Shown here one piece after another: positions 1-9,608 of a DNA stretch of 64,000 nt (its first letter is position 1; the number at the start of each line of letters is the position of its first letter). The DNA lies in NCBI GenBank assembly GCA_049284415.1, contig JBAPXW010000027.1:157363-221362 (forward strand). The letters are read 5' to 3'. The notes under the pieces are model-generated. The model was not told where the DNA came from, ran no database searches, and saw only the letters and a program-made list of their open reading frames with translations. Made by a program: the position numbers and the translations under genes. This stretch comes from Leclercia sp. (lineage in GTDB: Bacteria > Pseudomonadota > Gammaproteobacteria > Enterobacterales > Enterobacteriaceae).

Positions 1-13
1 AAACGTTAACGAC

Positions 14-235
<222 letters not shown>

Positions 236-307
236 TTAATAAACGAAACATAGGCGAACAAAACCTGCGAAGCCTGTAGGCTCCACAGGAATTGCTACTT
301 GAAGGCC

Positions 308-853
<546 letters not shown>

Positions 854-2782
854 TTATTCCTCCAGTTGTTGAAGACTGCGGCTGCGAATCTCTTGTTGCA
901 GCTTCTCAATCACTTCATTTACGTCCAGGCTACCCAGGTCTTTACCGCGGCGGGTGCGAACGGCAACTTTGCCTGCTTCCACCTCTTTATCACCACAGAC
1001 CAGCATATACGGGACCCTACGTAAAGTGTGCTCGCGGATTTTAAAGCCAATCTTCTCATTTCTCAAGTCCGCTTTTACGCGAATGCCCGCATTTTGTAGT
1101 TTCTGCGTCAATTCTTTAACGTATTCGGCCTGAGAATCAGTAATATTCATGACCACAACCTGCACTGGCGCCAGCCAGGTCGGGAAGAAGCCAGCGAATT
1201 CTTCGGTCAGGATGCCGATGAAGCGTTCCAGTGACCCCAGAATTGCGCGGTGAATCATTACTGGTACCTGACGCTCGTTGTCTTCGCCTACATAAGAGGC
1301 GCTCAGACGCTGCGGCAGGGAGAAGTCCAGCTGTACAGTACCGCACTGCCACGCACGATCGAGACAGTCATACAGGGTAAATTCAATTTTCGGACCGTAG
1401 AACGCGCCTTCACCCACCTGATACTCAAACGGGATGTTGTTCTCTTCCAGCGCGACTGCCAGATCCGCCTCAGCACGATCCCAGGTCTCGTCACTACCGA
1501 TACGTTTTTCCGGACGAGTTGAGAGTTTGACGACGATTTTCTCGAAGCCAAACGTGCTGTACATATCGTAGACCATACGAATGCAGGCGTTTACTTCATC
1601 ACGCACCTGTTCTTCTGTACAGAAGATATGGGCGTCATCCTGAGTAAAGCCACGCACACGCATCAGACCATGCAGCGCGCCTGACGGCTCGTTACGATGG
1701 CAACTACCGAACTCTGCCATACGCAGCGGCAGATCGCGATAGGATTTCAGACCCTGGTTAAAGATCTGAACGTGACCCGGACAGTTCATTGGCTTAATGC
1801 AGTATTCACGGTTCTCAGAAGAGGTGGTGAACATCGCATCTTTGTAGTTGTCCCAGTGGCCGGTTTTTTCCCACAGCACACGGTCCATCATGAACGGGCC
1901 TTTGACTTCCTGATACTGATACGCTTTCAGCTTGGAACGCACGAAGGTTTCGAGCTCGCGGAAGATAGTCCAGCCATCGTTGTGCCAGAATACCATACCC
2001 GGCGCTTCTTCCTGCATGTGATACAGGTCAAGCTGTTTACCGATTTTACGGTGATCGCGTTTTGCCGCTTCTTCGAGGCGCAGCAGGTAAGCACTGAGCG
2101 CTTTTTTATCGGCCCATGCGGTACCGTAAATACGCTGCAGCATCTTATTGTTGCTGTCGCCACGCCAGTAGGCGCCTGCGATTTTCATCAGTTTAAAGTG
2201 ATGGCAAAAACGCATATTCGGCACGTGCGGTCCACGGCACATGTCGATGTATTCTTCATGATGATACAAGCCAGGCTGGTCATCATGCGCAATATTTTCA
2301 TCAAGAATAGTGACTTTGTAGCTTTCGCCACGCTTCACGAAGGTTTCACGCGCTTCGTGCCAGCTCACTTTCTTCTTAATGACGTCGTAGTTGCTCTCAG
2401 CAAGCTCGTGCATCCGTTTTTCAAGCGCTTCGATATCTTCCTGGGTCAGCGTGTGATCGAGGTCAACGTCGTAGTAGAAGCCGTTGTCGATAACCGGGCC
2501 GATAGCCATTTTGGTATTAGGCCACAGCTGTTTGATCGCATGACCTAACAGGTGCGCGCAAGAGTGACGAATGATCTCCAGACCGTCTTCGTCCTTAGCG
2601 GTGATGATAGACAGCTTCGCGTCGTTTTCGATCAGATCGGAAGCATCAACCAGCTCACCATTGACACGGCCAGCGAGGGTGGCTTTCGCCAGACCCGGAC
2701 CGATATCCAGCGCGACGTCCATTGGGCTGACAGCGCGGTCAAAATGGCGTTGGCTGCCATCAGGAAGAGTAATAACAGGCAT
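854..2782 (-). CDS. thrS: threonine--tRNA ligase
   Basis: 642-aa [18 protein letters not shown]..., class II aaRS motifs. Near-identical to recalled E. coli ThrS, with matching synteny. Confidence 0.98.
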   Translation of the reverse strand: MPVITLPDGSQRHFDRAVSPMDVALDIGPGLAKATLAGRVNGELVDASDLIENDAKLSIITAKDEDGLEIIRHSCAHLLGHAIKQLWPNTKMAIGPVIDNGFYYDVDLDHTLTQEDIEALEKRMHELAESNYDVIKKKVSWHEARETFVKRGESYKVTILDENIAHDDQPGLYHHEEYIDMCRGPHVPNMRFCHHFKLMKIAGAYWRGDSNNKMLQRIYGTAWADKKALSAYLLRLEEAAKRDHRKIGKQLDLYHMQEEAPGMVFWHNDGWTIFRELETFVRSKLKAYQYQEVKGPFMMDRVLWEKTGHWDNYKDAMFTTSSENREYCIKPMNCPGHVQIFNQGLKSYRDLPLRMAEFGSCHRNEPSGALHGLMRVRGFTQDDAHIFCTEEQVRDEVNACIRMVYDMYSTFGFEKIVVKLSTRPEKRIGSDETWDRAEADLAVALEENNIPFEYQVGEGAFYGPKIEFTLYDCLDRAWQCGTVQLDFSLPQRLSASYVGEDNERQVPVMIHRAILGSLERFIGILTEEFAGFFPTWLAPVQVVVMNITDSQAEYVKELTQKLQNAGIRVKADLRNEKIGFKIREHTLRRVPYMLVCGDKEVEAGKVAVRTRRGKDLGSLDVNEVIEKLQQEIRSRSLQQLEE

Positions 2783-2900
2783 TTTATGTCCTTATTTGCA
2801 GTGGTGCCCCGCACGTAAGAGCACATACAAAGAAAATAATCTTTAATTTACAATAGATTGCAGAACCATCTGACCAACAATCGTCAAATTGGCTCGCCAT
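2783..2900 (-). promoter_or_regulatory. thrS translational operator (tRNA-Thr anticodon-arm mimic leader)
   Basis: The minus-strand leader reads ...GUAUGUGCUCUUACGUGCGGGGCACCACUGCAAAUAAGGACAUAAA-AUG. The hairpin at 2804..2824 (GUGCUC/GGGCAC stem) has a loop containing ACGU, matching the recalled E. coli operator domain next to the SD. Confidence 0.65.
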
Positions 2901-3116
2901 CATGCACAGGATCGAAATCAGAAAAAGGCCAATTTACGATCAGCGTGCCAATGGTAACACTAACAAAAGGGTGAAAAAACCCTTTACGGGCAGATGAAAT
3001 GCTCTGGCACTTTTGTATGAGTTTTGCAGGGAATGGTTGACAGCGACTCGCAATCCGTTTTCGCTGAGCTATTCTTGAACAGGTCTTTAATTACACGCAG
3101 AATGAGGAGTAATAAC

Positions 3117-3209
3117 ATGAACGTATCCAGTAGAACCGTTGTCGTCCTGAACATTGTTTCTGCCACCGCGTTGATCATCATTCTGGCTGACAAGTTCCAG
3201 TGGTTTTGA
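3117..3209 (+). CDS. candidate 30-aa hydrophobic small protein (MNVSSRTVVVLNIVSATALIIILADKFQWF)
   Basis: GAGGAG at 3104..3109 lies 7 nt before the ATG at 3117. One predicted TM helix. Hairpin plus T-run at 3238..3269 downstream. No recognised homologue. Confidence 0.3.
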   Translation: MNVSSRTVVVLNIVSATALIIILADKFQWF

Positions 3210-3237
3210 ATGAATTCGGCACGGGTCAGTTGAATCT

Positions 3238-3269
3238 TAAACCCTCCTGCGACGTGGGTTTATTTTTTT
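3238..3269 (+). terminator. putative intrinsic terminator after the small ORF
   Basis: TAAACCC/GGGTTTA stem with an 11-nt loop, followed by a T7 run. Confidence 0.4.
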
Positions 3270-3327
3270 GTAAAGTTATTTAGATATAAACTCACGTTTT
3301 AATTATATTTAAGTAAACAAATAAAAT

Positions 3328-3359
3328 AAAAAAACCGGTACATCAGAATCCGGTTTTTT
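3328..3359. terminator. bidirectional intrinsic terminator
   Basis: AAAAAACCGG-tacatcagaat-CCGGTTTTTT, with an A-run and a T-run flanking the stem. Lies between the convergent small ORF and the 73-aa gene. Confidence 0.6.
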
Positions 3360-3407
3360 AGTGGCATATTATGCCCGACGGTGATTCACATTTGTTTGAC
3401 GGGTCAA

Positions 3408-3629
3408 TCAGGACCATTCACCAGCGACCAGTTTATGCACGTCAAATGCGTCATCCATCGATTGCCCGGTAGACTGGGAGCCCGGAGCGATGTTCGAGCC
3501 GGCTTCTACGTCAGAGGCGTGGGTAATACCGATTTGACTTGAGGTATTATCTACCGTATCGGCGGCAAATACGCCGAATGACAGTGCAGAAAGCACCATT
3601 GCTGCAGTAGCAGTTGCGATTTTATTCAT
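3408..3629 (-). CDS. hypothetical small secreted acidic protein (73 aa)
   Basis: ORF with a Sec-type signal peptide, MNKIATATAAMVLSALSFGVFA|ADTV. The mature ~51 aa is Ser/Gly/Asp-rich with no Cys. No family recognised. Confidence 0.55.
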   Translation of the reverse strand: MNKIATATAAMVLSALSFGVFAADTVDNTSSQIGITHASDVEAGSNIAPGSQSTGQSMDDAFDVHKLVAGEWS

Positions 3630-3852
3630 AATTTTTATTCTCTTACTGAATTAATACAGATTTACTTAAGGCGTTATTAAGCCTGTGATGACAGTGTAGA
3701 TCTGGATCACACTTTTGCCTAGTCAAAATATTTATCAATTCGTGTCAAATAAACTGATTAATTAACAAAAAGTGGCATTGTGGAGAGAATATGGAGATAT
3801 CGGCTGGAGGGGCTATTTTAAAACAGTGTTTATTATTTATCAGCACAAATAA

Positions 3853-3878
3853 TAAAAAGGGCCAATATAGATTGGCCC
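3853..3878 (-). terminator. ydiY intrinsic terminator
   Basis: GGGCCAAT-atag-ATTGGCCC, with an A5 run on the plus strand (U-run on the minus strand), just downstream of the ydiY stop. Confidence 0.65.
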
Positions 3879-3885
3879 GACGCGA

Positions 3886-4644
3886 TTACATTTTGTAGCC
3901 GAGAGATAACGTCGTTCTGCGATCCGTATGCTCAGGCGCCGATGCTGGCGGCTCGGAGTTCCAGGTAACGTTGTACGCCACTTTCAGGCCGAAGTGGGCG
4001 TTAATCGCCACGTTCAAGGCCGTCTCTGAGTTCACCGTCGTGTCGTCAGCACCAAAGACGGATACACCCTGGGTAAATTTGGTGTTATCCGAAACTTGCC
4101 ATGCATAGGTACCGGACGCATAGCCAAGCGGCTGCGTCTCCGTATTGCCATCGGTGTATTCGTCATAACGTACACCTGGACCGAATTCAAAACGGAAGCT
4201 GTGTACCGGACCGTTCAGGAACTGGCGACCATAACCGGCGGTGGCGACATCACGCTGGCGATAACCGTTGTAGCGATCGGTTAACCAGCTCGCCTGACCG
4301 AACAGGTAGTCAAAATCGGTCATGTTGTAACGGCTACGCCCACCCACCGCATATTTCTCGGAAGAGCGCTCGTCGTTGGAAGAGGTGTTGCTGGCGTTAC
4401 CCCACAGGGACCAGGCGGTGGAAGTGCCGTACCAGGTCAGGGTAGTGTCGGCGGTCAGTGAGGAGCTTTTCGTGTTACCGGATTGCGCCAGATAGCCTGC
4501 GTTCAGGTTACCTTCAAAGGGTTTCTGTGCAGTGGAGGGATCATCCATGACAGTAAAAACGGAATTATCGGCGAATGCGTTCAGTGACGCAAACACGCCT
4601 CCCGCCAGAATCATTGCAGCGGGTACTGTCTTTAAGAGCTTCAT
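3886..4644 (-). CDS. ydiY: outer-membrane beta-barrel family protein YdiY
   Basis: ORF 3886..4665 trimmed to MKLLKTVPAAMILAGGVFASLNAFA (252 aa). Ends ...TLSLGYKM. Close to recalled E. coli YdiY. Confidence 0.9.
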   Translation of the reverse strand: MKLLKTVPAAMILAGGVFASLNAFADNSVFTVMDDPSTAQKPFEGNLNAGYLAQSGNTKSSSLTADTTLTWYGTSTAWSLWGNASNTSSNDERSSEKYAVGGRSRYNMTDFDYLFGQASWLTDRYNGYRQRDVATAGYGRQFLNGPVHSFRFEFGPGVRYDEYTDGNTETQPLGYASGTYAWQVSDNTKFTQGVSVFGADDTTVNSETALNVAINAHFGLKVAYNVTWNSEPPASAPEHTDRRTTLSLGYKM

Positions 4645-4936
4645 TAATAAAGAGTCCAACAACAAAAAAAGAGACCATTACGGTCCCGGAAACTTTCCAG
4701 GGGATCAATGCCATGGGATCAGCTGAAAGGTTACAAATTATAAAAAGGCTCAAATAACATAGCAATGATTTCTTGTTTCATTTTTGGAATAAGAACGATC
4801 TCAAACCTGTCGATTAATCATAATAAAAAGCCGCATTATTGAAGCGGATTTATTTTTAAAATCATATTGTTATTCGCTTTCCCTTCCCGTGGTTTGGTGC
4901 CAGGCTTAAGGCTATCCCGATGCACAGGAGGTTAAA

Positions 4937-5869
4937 ATGGACCGTATCTTTACCTTGACGCTCTCCCCTTCTCTGGACAGCGCCACCCTGACGGCTCAGC
5001 TTTACCCTGAAGGAAAGTTACGCTGCAGCGTACCCGTCTTCGAACCCGGCGGAGGAGGCATTAATGTGGCGCGCGCGATTACCCACCTTGGCGGCAAAGC
5101 CACGGCTATTTTCCCTGCGGGCGGCGCGACCGGCGAGCACCTGGTCTCGCTGCTTGCTGATGAGCAGGTTGCCGTCGAGACAGTAAATGCCCACGACTGG
5201 ACCCGCCAGAACCTGCACGTTCACGTTGAATCCACGCACGAGCAGTATCGCTTTGTGATGCCAGGCGCCACGCTGAGCGAGGACGAGTTCCGCCAGCTGG
5301 AAGAGAAAGTGCTAGCGATCGATTCCGGCGCATGGCTGGTGATCAGCGGCAGCCTGCCCCCCGGCGTCAAAACCGAAAAACTGACCCAGCTTATCCGCGC
5401 GGCCCAGCAGAAAGGGATCCGCTGTATCGTCGACAGCTCCGGCGATGCCCTCAGCGCCGCGCTTGCCCTTGGCAACATTGAGCTGGTTAAACCCAATCAG
5501 AAAGAACTCAGCGCGCTGGTGAATCGCGATCTTAGCCAACCAGATGATGTGCGCGCGGCGGCGATGGAGCTGATCGCCCGCGGCAAAGCGAACCGCGTGG
5601 TGGTGTCTCTCGGTCCGCAGGGGGCGCTGGCGGTCGATGCCACCGGTTCAGTGCAGGTTGTTCCCCCGCCGATGAAAAGCCAAAGTACCGTCGGGGCCGG
5701 TGACAGCATGGTTGGCGCGATGACGCTTAAACTGGCGCAAGGCGCATCGTTACTGGAGATGACCCGGTACGGCGTGGCGGCCGGTAGCGCGGCGACCATT
5801 AATCATGGCACCCGACTTTGCTCGCTGGACGATACGCAGAAAATTTACGCTTACCTGGCAAAAGCCTGA
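4937..5869 (+). CDS. pfkB: 6-phosphofructokinase II
   Basis: 310 aa, with ...FEPGGGGINVARAI... and ...TVGAGDSMVGAM... ribokinase-family motifs. Synteny matches. Confidence 0.95.
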   Translation: MDRIFTLTLSPSLDSATLTAQLYPEGKLRCSVPVFEPGGGGINVARAITHLGGKATAIFPAGGATGEHLVSLLADEQVAVETVNAHDWTRQNLHVHVESTHEQYRFVMPGATLSEDEFRQLEEKVLAIDSGAWLVISGSLPPGVKTEKLTQLIRAAQQKGIRCIVDSSGDALSAALALGNIELVKPNQKELSALVNRDLSQPDDVRAAAMELIARGKANRVVVSLGPQGALAVDATGSVQVVPPPMKSQSTVGAGDSMVGAMTLKLAQGASLLEMTRYGVAAGSAATINHGTRLCSLDDTQKIYAYLAKA

Positions 5870-5959
5870 CGATCGCTCTTTATGCTTAGCGGCAAAGGGC
5901 GACAAATAGCCGTTATCGACTATGCTAAAAAAACTTTCATGATAACAACGAGGTGAATT

Positions 5960-6250
5960 ATGAGCAGTGGAGAGATCACTCGCTACGTGGTAACCGTCAA
6001 CATTCATGAAGACTCGCTGACAGAACTCAATGAAATCAATAACCATCTCACACGGGGCGGGTTTTTAATGACCCTGACGGACGACGATGGCAATCTCCAC
6101 GAGCTGGGCCCCCATACCTATGGTCTGCTCAGCCCCTTAAGTGAAGATGAGGTCAAGGCGCTGGCCAGTGGTCTTGTTGAAAGCGCCACCGGGAAAGCGC
6201 CCAGCATCGATATCACGACCTGGGATGACTGGCTAAAGCAACAGCAATAA
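5960..6250 (+). CDS. ydiZ: uncharacterised protein YdiZ
   Basis: 96-aa ORF in the conserved position after pfkB. Same length as E. coli YdiZ. Confidence 0.8.
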   Translation: MSSGEITRYVVTVNIHEDSLTELNEINNHLTRGGFLMTLTDDDGNLHELGPHTYGLLSPLSEDEVKALASGLVESATGKAPSIDITTWDDWLKQQQ

Positions 6251-6355
6251 AGGCCCGGCAGCGCGCCAAACGGCACAGATGTGCGCTGGTTCGTGTTTTT
6301 TGACCATCGTTTTACGCTAACGTTATGATCTGGCAGACAACATGGGAGAGAGAGC

Positions 6356-7216
6356 ATGTGGCAGGCTATCAGTCATCTTTTACGTGAACCACTGGGCGAA
6401 GGTGAAATTGAACTGCGTAACGAACTGCCCGGTGGCGAGATCCATGCCGCATGGCATCTGCGCTATGCGGGACGCGATCTTTTCGTTAAATGTGATGAGC
6501 GTGAACTATTACCTATCTTCACTGCGGAAGCCGACCAGCTGGAACTGCTCTCCCGCAGCAAAACCGTCAGGGTTCCCCAGGTCTGGGCGGTCGGCAGCGA
6601 CCGCGACTACAGCTTCCTGGTAATGGATTATCTCCCTGCCCGTCCACTCGATGCGCATAATGCCTTTATTCTGGGGCAACAGCTTGCCCGCCTGCATCAA
6701 TGGAGCGAACAGCCGCAGTTCGGGCTGGATTTCGATAACGACCTTTCCACCACCCCGCAGCCGAACGCCTGGCAACGACGCTGGTCAACCTTCTTTGCGG
6801 AACAGCGTATTGGCTGGCAACTGGAACTGGCGGCGGAAAAAGGGCTGGAGTTTGGCAATATCGACGCCATTGTCGAGCATATCCAGCAGCGGCTGGCCTC
6901 ACATCAGCCGCAGCCCTCGCTGCTGCACGGCGATTTATGGTCAGGTAACTGCGCGCTGGGTCCGGATGGCCCTTATATCTTCGACCCGGCCTGCTACTGG
7001 GGCGATCGTGAGTGCGATCTCGCCATGCTACCGCTGCACCCTGAACAGCCGACGCAGATTTACGACGGCTATCAGTCGGTGTCACCCCTCCCGGCCGGAT
7101 TTTTACAACGCCAACCGGTGTATCAACTGTATACGCTGATGAATCGCGCCATTCTGTTTGGCGGTGAGCATCTGGTGATTGCGCAGAAAGCGCTGGAAAG
7201 GGTGCTGGCGGCATAA
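6356..7216 (+). CDS. yniA: fructosamine/ketosamine kinase family protein YniA
   Basis: 286 aa with the kinase-like motif LLHGDLWSGN. Synteny matches. Confidence 0.9.
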   Translation: MWQAISHLLREPLGEGEIELRNELPGGEIHAAWHLRYAGRDLFVKCDERELLPIFTAEADQLELLSRSKTVRVPQVWAVGSDRDYSFLVMDYLPARPLDAHNAFILGQQLARLHQWSEQPQFGLDFDNDLSTTPQPNAWQRRWSTFFAEQRIGWQLELAAEKGLEFGNIDAIVEHIQQRLASHQPQPSLLHGDLWSGNCALGPDGPYIFDPACYWGDRECDLAMLPLHPEQPTQIYDGYQSVSPLPAGFLQRQPVYQLYTLMNRAILFGGEHLVIAQKALERVLAA

Positions 7217-7220
7217 GGCA

Positions 7221-7251
7221 CTGCTGCCGGGCAGACTTTGTCCGGCAGCAG
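7221..7251. terminator. convergent-gene hairpin between yniA and yniB
   Basis: CTGCTGCCGG-11 nt-CCGGCAGCAG, a perfect 10-bp stem with no clear U-run. Confidence 0.45.
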
Positions 7252-7255
7252 GCGG

Positions 7256-7792
7256 TTACAGCAATCCGAGCAGCGAAAACAGGAAATACCCGGCAATAAT
7301 CATCAGCACGGGCAGAACATACAGCGAAGAAATTTGCAGGAAAATCGTGTGCTTAGGTACCACGATGCGCGCTTCGAGCTGCTCGCGACTCAGGCCCTCT
7401 TCGCCCTTCGCCTTCTCCAGAATCAGCTGATTTTCAATCCCTTCACGCAGGAAGCGCGTCTGACGGCGCATCCGCGCGCCGGATGCCTGCAGCGCCAGCG
7501 CAATAAAGATCAGCGCGTAAATAATCCAGAACGCAATATTTGCCCCGTGCTGAAAATCGGGCGTCGGCGAATTGAACCAGAAAAAGTTCAGAAACGGCGT
7601 GTTAAAGCGCGCCATCTCGATCATGACGTGGGCAAAATCCAGCATCACCGCATTAATCCCGGCCTGTTTTTCGCTGTGATCAAAGATGAATTTCAATACA
7701 GAAATAATTGTGGAGATCACCGCCGGGATAAAAATTATCCAGCCCGCAATCAGTTTCAGTATCGCTACACGTCCAGCTTGTTGATATGTCAT
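7256..7792 (-). CDS. yniB: inner membrane protein YniB
   Basis: 178 aa with multiple hydrophobic helices. Synteny matches. Confidence 0.88.
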   Translation of the reverse strand: MTYQQAGRVAILKLIAGWIIFIPAVISTIISVLKFIFDHSEKQAGINAVMLDFAHVMIEMARFNTPFLNFFWFNSPTPDFQHGANIAFWIIYALIFIALALQASGARMRRQTRFLREGIENQLILEKAKGEEGLSREQLEARIVVPKHTIFLQISSLYVLPVLMIIAGYFLFSLLGLL

Positions 7793-7938
7793 CGGTTCCT
7801 CATTAATCAGGGTGCTTCCTTTGTGGCTAAGTCTACCTGCTGGTCATCATTTTCGCCCGCTCTTTACAGGTGATATGGTAAATTCCAGAAATATACAGAA
7901 TTTACCCCTGCTAAAGACCAACGAAAGGAGAAGTTGCC

Positions 7939-8607
7939 ATGTCGACTCAGCGTCAAATTGTTGCTGCCATTTTTGATATGGATGGATTACTGATCGATTC
8001 CGAGCCGCTGTGGGATCGTGCTGAGCTGGACGTGATGGCAAGCCTGGGCGTGGATATCACCCGCCGCAGCGAGCTGCCCGATACGCTGGGGCTGCGCATT
8101 GATATGGTGGTGGAGCTGTGGTTCGCCCATCAGCCGTGGAATGGCCCAAGCCGTGAAGAGGTGACGGATCGCATCATCAACCGGGCGATTACGCTGGTTG
8201 AAGAGAACCGCCCGCTGCTGGCTGGGGCGCGTGAAGCCATTGCCCTGTGCAAAGCGCAGGGACTGAAAGTCGGGCTCGCGTCCGCCTCACCGCTGCATAT
8301 GCTGGAAAAAGTGCTGACCATGTTCAGTCTGCGCGACAGCTTTGACGCGCTGGCATCGGCCGAAAAACTGCCCTACAGCAAGCCGCATCCGCAGGTATAT
8401 ATGGATTGCGCCGCTAAGCTCGGCGTTGACCCTACCACCTGCGTCGCGCTGGAAGACTCAGTCAACGGCATGATCGCCAGCAAAGCTGCCCGCATGCGCT
8501 CGATTGTGGTCCCGGCAGAAGAAAACCAGCACGATGCGCGTTTTGCGTTGGCTGACGCTAAACTGCACTCGCTGCAGGAACTCACCGTCGCCCATCTGCG
8601 CGGGTAA
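7939..8607 (+). CDS. hxpB: HAD-family hexitol/2-deoxyglucose-6-phosphate phosphatase
   Basis: 222 aa with the HAD motif I AAIFDMDGLLIDSE. Occupies the yniC position. Confidence 0.92.
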   Translation: MSTQRQIVAAIFDMDGLLIDSEPLWDRAELDVMASLGVDITRRSELPDTLGLRIDMVVELWFAHQPWNGPSREEVTDRIINRAITLVEENRPLLAGAREAIALCKAQGLKVGLASASPLHMLEKVLTMFSLRDSFDALASAEKLPYSKPHPQVYMDCAAKLGVDPTTCVALEDSVNGMIASKAARMRSIVVPAEENQHDARFALADAKLHSLQELTVAHLRG

Positions 8608-8613
8608 TGTTGG

Positions 8614-8642
8614 TTTGCGGGCAGTGCAAAATTGCCCGCAAA
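8614..8642 (+). terminator. hairpin after hxpB
   Basis: TTTGCGGGCA-9 nt-TGCCCGCAAA, a 10-bp stem. The downstream T-run is weak or delayed. Confidence 0.45.
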
Positions 8643-8659
8643 CATGATCCATTTAAAAT

Positions 8660-8680
8660 TTTTGAAACATCATTTCATTT
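8660..8680. promoter_or_regulatory. KdgR-box-like operator
   Basis: TTTTGAAACATCATTTCATTT matches 18/21 of the recalled KdgR consensus AAATRAAAYRNYRTTTYATTT. It abuts a putative promoter: TTGAAT at 8685..8690, a 17-nt spacer, then TATGCT at 8708..8713. Confidence 0.55.
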
Positions 8681-8752
8681 TTGTTTGAATTTCTCCCGCC
8701 CTACTTCTATGCTTACCGCAGAACGACAATAACCCTACATTCTGAGGTCGAT

Positions 8753-9514
8753 ATGATACTGGACGCCTTTAATCTTTCTGGAAAAGTTGCCATCGTAACC
8801 GGGTGTGATACCGGGCTGGGTCAGGGTATGGCGCTGGGTCTGGCCCAGGCTGGCTGCGACATCGTGAGCGTGAATCGTCGAATCCCCGAAGAGACCGCCG
8901 CCGGCGTCAAAGCGCTGGGACGTCGGTTTTTTGCCATCCGGGCCGACCTCAGTCAGCAAACGGCGATCGACAGCATTGTCGGGCAGGCCGTCGCCGAGAT
9001 GGGCCGGGTCGACATTCTGGTGAACAACGCCGGTACCATTCGTCGGGAAGATGCCCTGTCGTTCAGTGAAAAGGACTGGGATGACGTGATGAACCTTAAC
9101 CTGAAATCGGTCTTTTTCCTGTCGCAGGCGGTAGCCCGTCGGTTTATCCAGCAGGGTCAAGGCGGCAAAATTATCAATATCGCCTCGATGCTCTCCTTCC
9201 AGGGCGGGATCCGCGTCCCCTCTTACACCGCGTCAAAAAGTGGCGTACTGGGCATTACCCGCCTGCTGGCGAATGAGTGGGCCCATCACGGGATTAACGT
9301 TAACGCGATTGCGCCGGGCTACATGGCAACCAACAATACCCAGCAGTTGCGCGACGACGAAGATCGCAGCAAAGCGATCCTCGAGCGCATTCCGGCGGGA
9401 CGTTGGGGCACGCCGGACGATCTGCAGGGCCCGGCGGTGTTTCTGGCCTCGTCGGCATCCGACTACATCAACGGCTTTACTCTCGCCGTTGACGGTGGCT
9501 GGCTGGCGCGCTAA
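8753..9514 (+). CDS. kduD: 2-dehydro-3-deoxy-D-gluconate 5-dehydrogenase-type SDR (KduD-like)
   Basis: ORF 8681..9514 trimmed to MILDAFNLSGKVAIVTGCDTGLGQGMALGLAQAGCDIV... (253 aa). GAGG lies 5 nt upstream of the ATG. Very similar end-to-end to recalled E. coli KduD. It may be a paralogue, because no kduI is adjacent. Confidence 0.8.
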   Translation: MILDAFNLSGKVAIVTGCDTGLGQGMALGLAQAGCDIVSVNRRIPEETAAGVKALGRRFFAIRADLSQQTAIDSIVGQAVAEMGRVDILVNNAGTIRREDALSFSEKDWDDVMNLNLKSVFFLSQAVARRFIQQGQGGKIINIASMLSFQGGIRVPSYTASKSGVLGITRLLANEWAHHGINVNAIAPGYMATNNTQQLRDDEDRSKAILERIPAGRWGTPDDLQGPAVFLASSASDYINGFTLAVDGGWLAR

Positions 9515-9556
9515 CGCGGATTTGTGACAAAGAGTTACACCGTCACCTCTTCCGTC

Positions 9557-9594
9557 TACTGTATAAAATCCCTATACTGGATGAATTGACAGTT
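9557..9594. promoter_or_regulatory. two overlapping LexA (SOS) boxes upstream of ydjM
   Basis: TACTGTATAAAATCCCTATA (9557..9576) and TACTGGATGAATTGACAGTT (9575..9594, CTG-N10-CAG). Same tandem layout as recalled for E. coli ydjM. Confidence 0.7.
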
Positions 9595-9608
9595 TAGTGG
9601 GTTTTATC

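Noticed and set aside
2984-3193. 69-aa minus-strand ORF, and the 61-aa plus-strand ORF 3024..3209 as called in the track
   Set aside because: Neither has an SD at its annotated start. Only the internal 30-codon version (3117..3209), which has a strong SD, is retained, and only as a low-confidence candidate.
3791-3898. 35-codon plus-strand ORF (MEISAGGAILKQCLLF...), the same length as E. coli YniD
   Set aside because: No similarity to YniD as I recall it. It runs through the ydiY terminator hairpin and into the ydiY 3-prime end.
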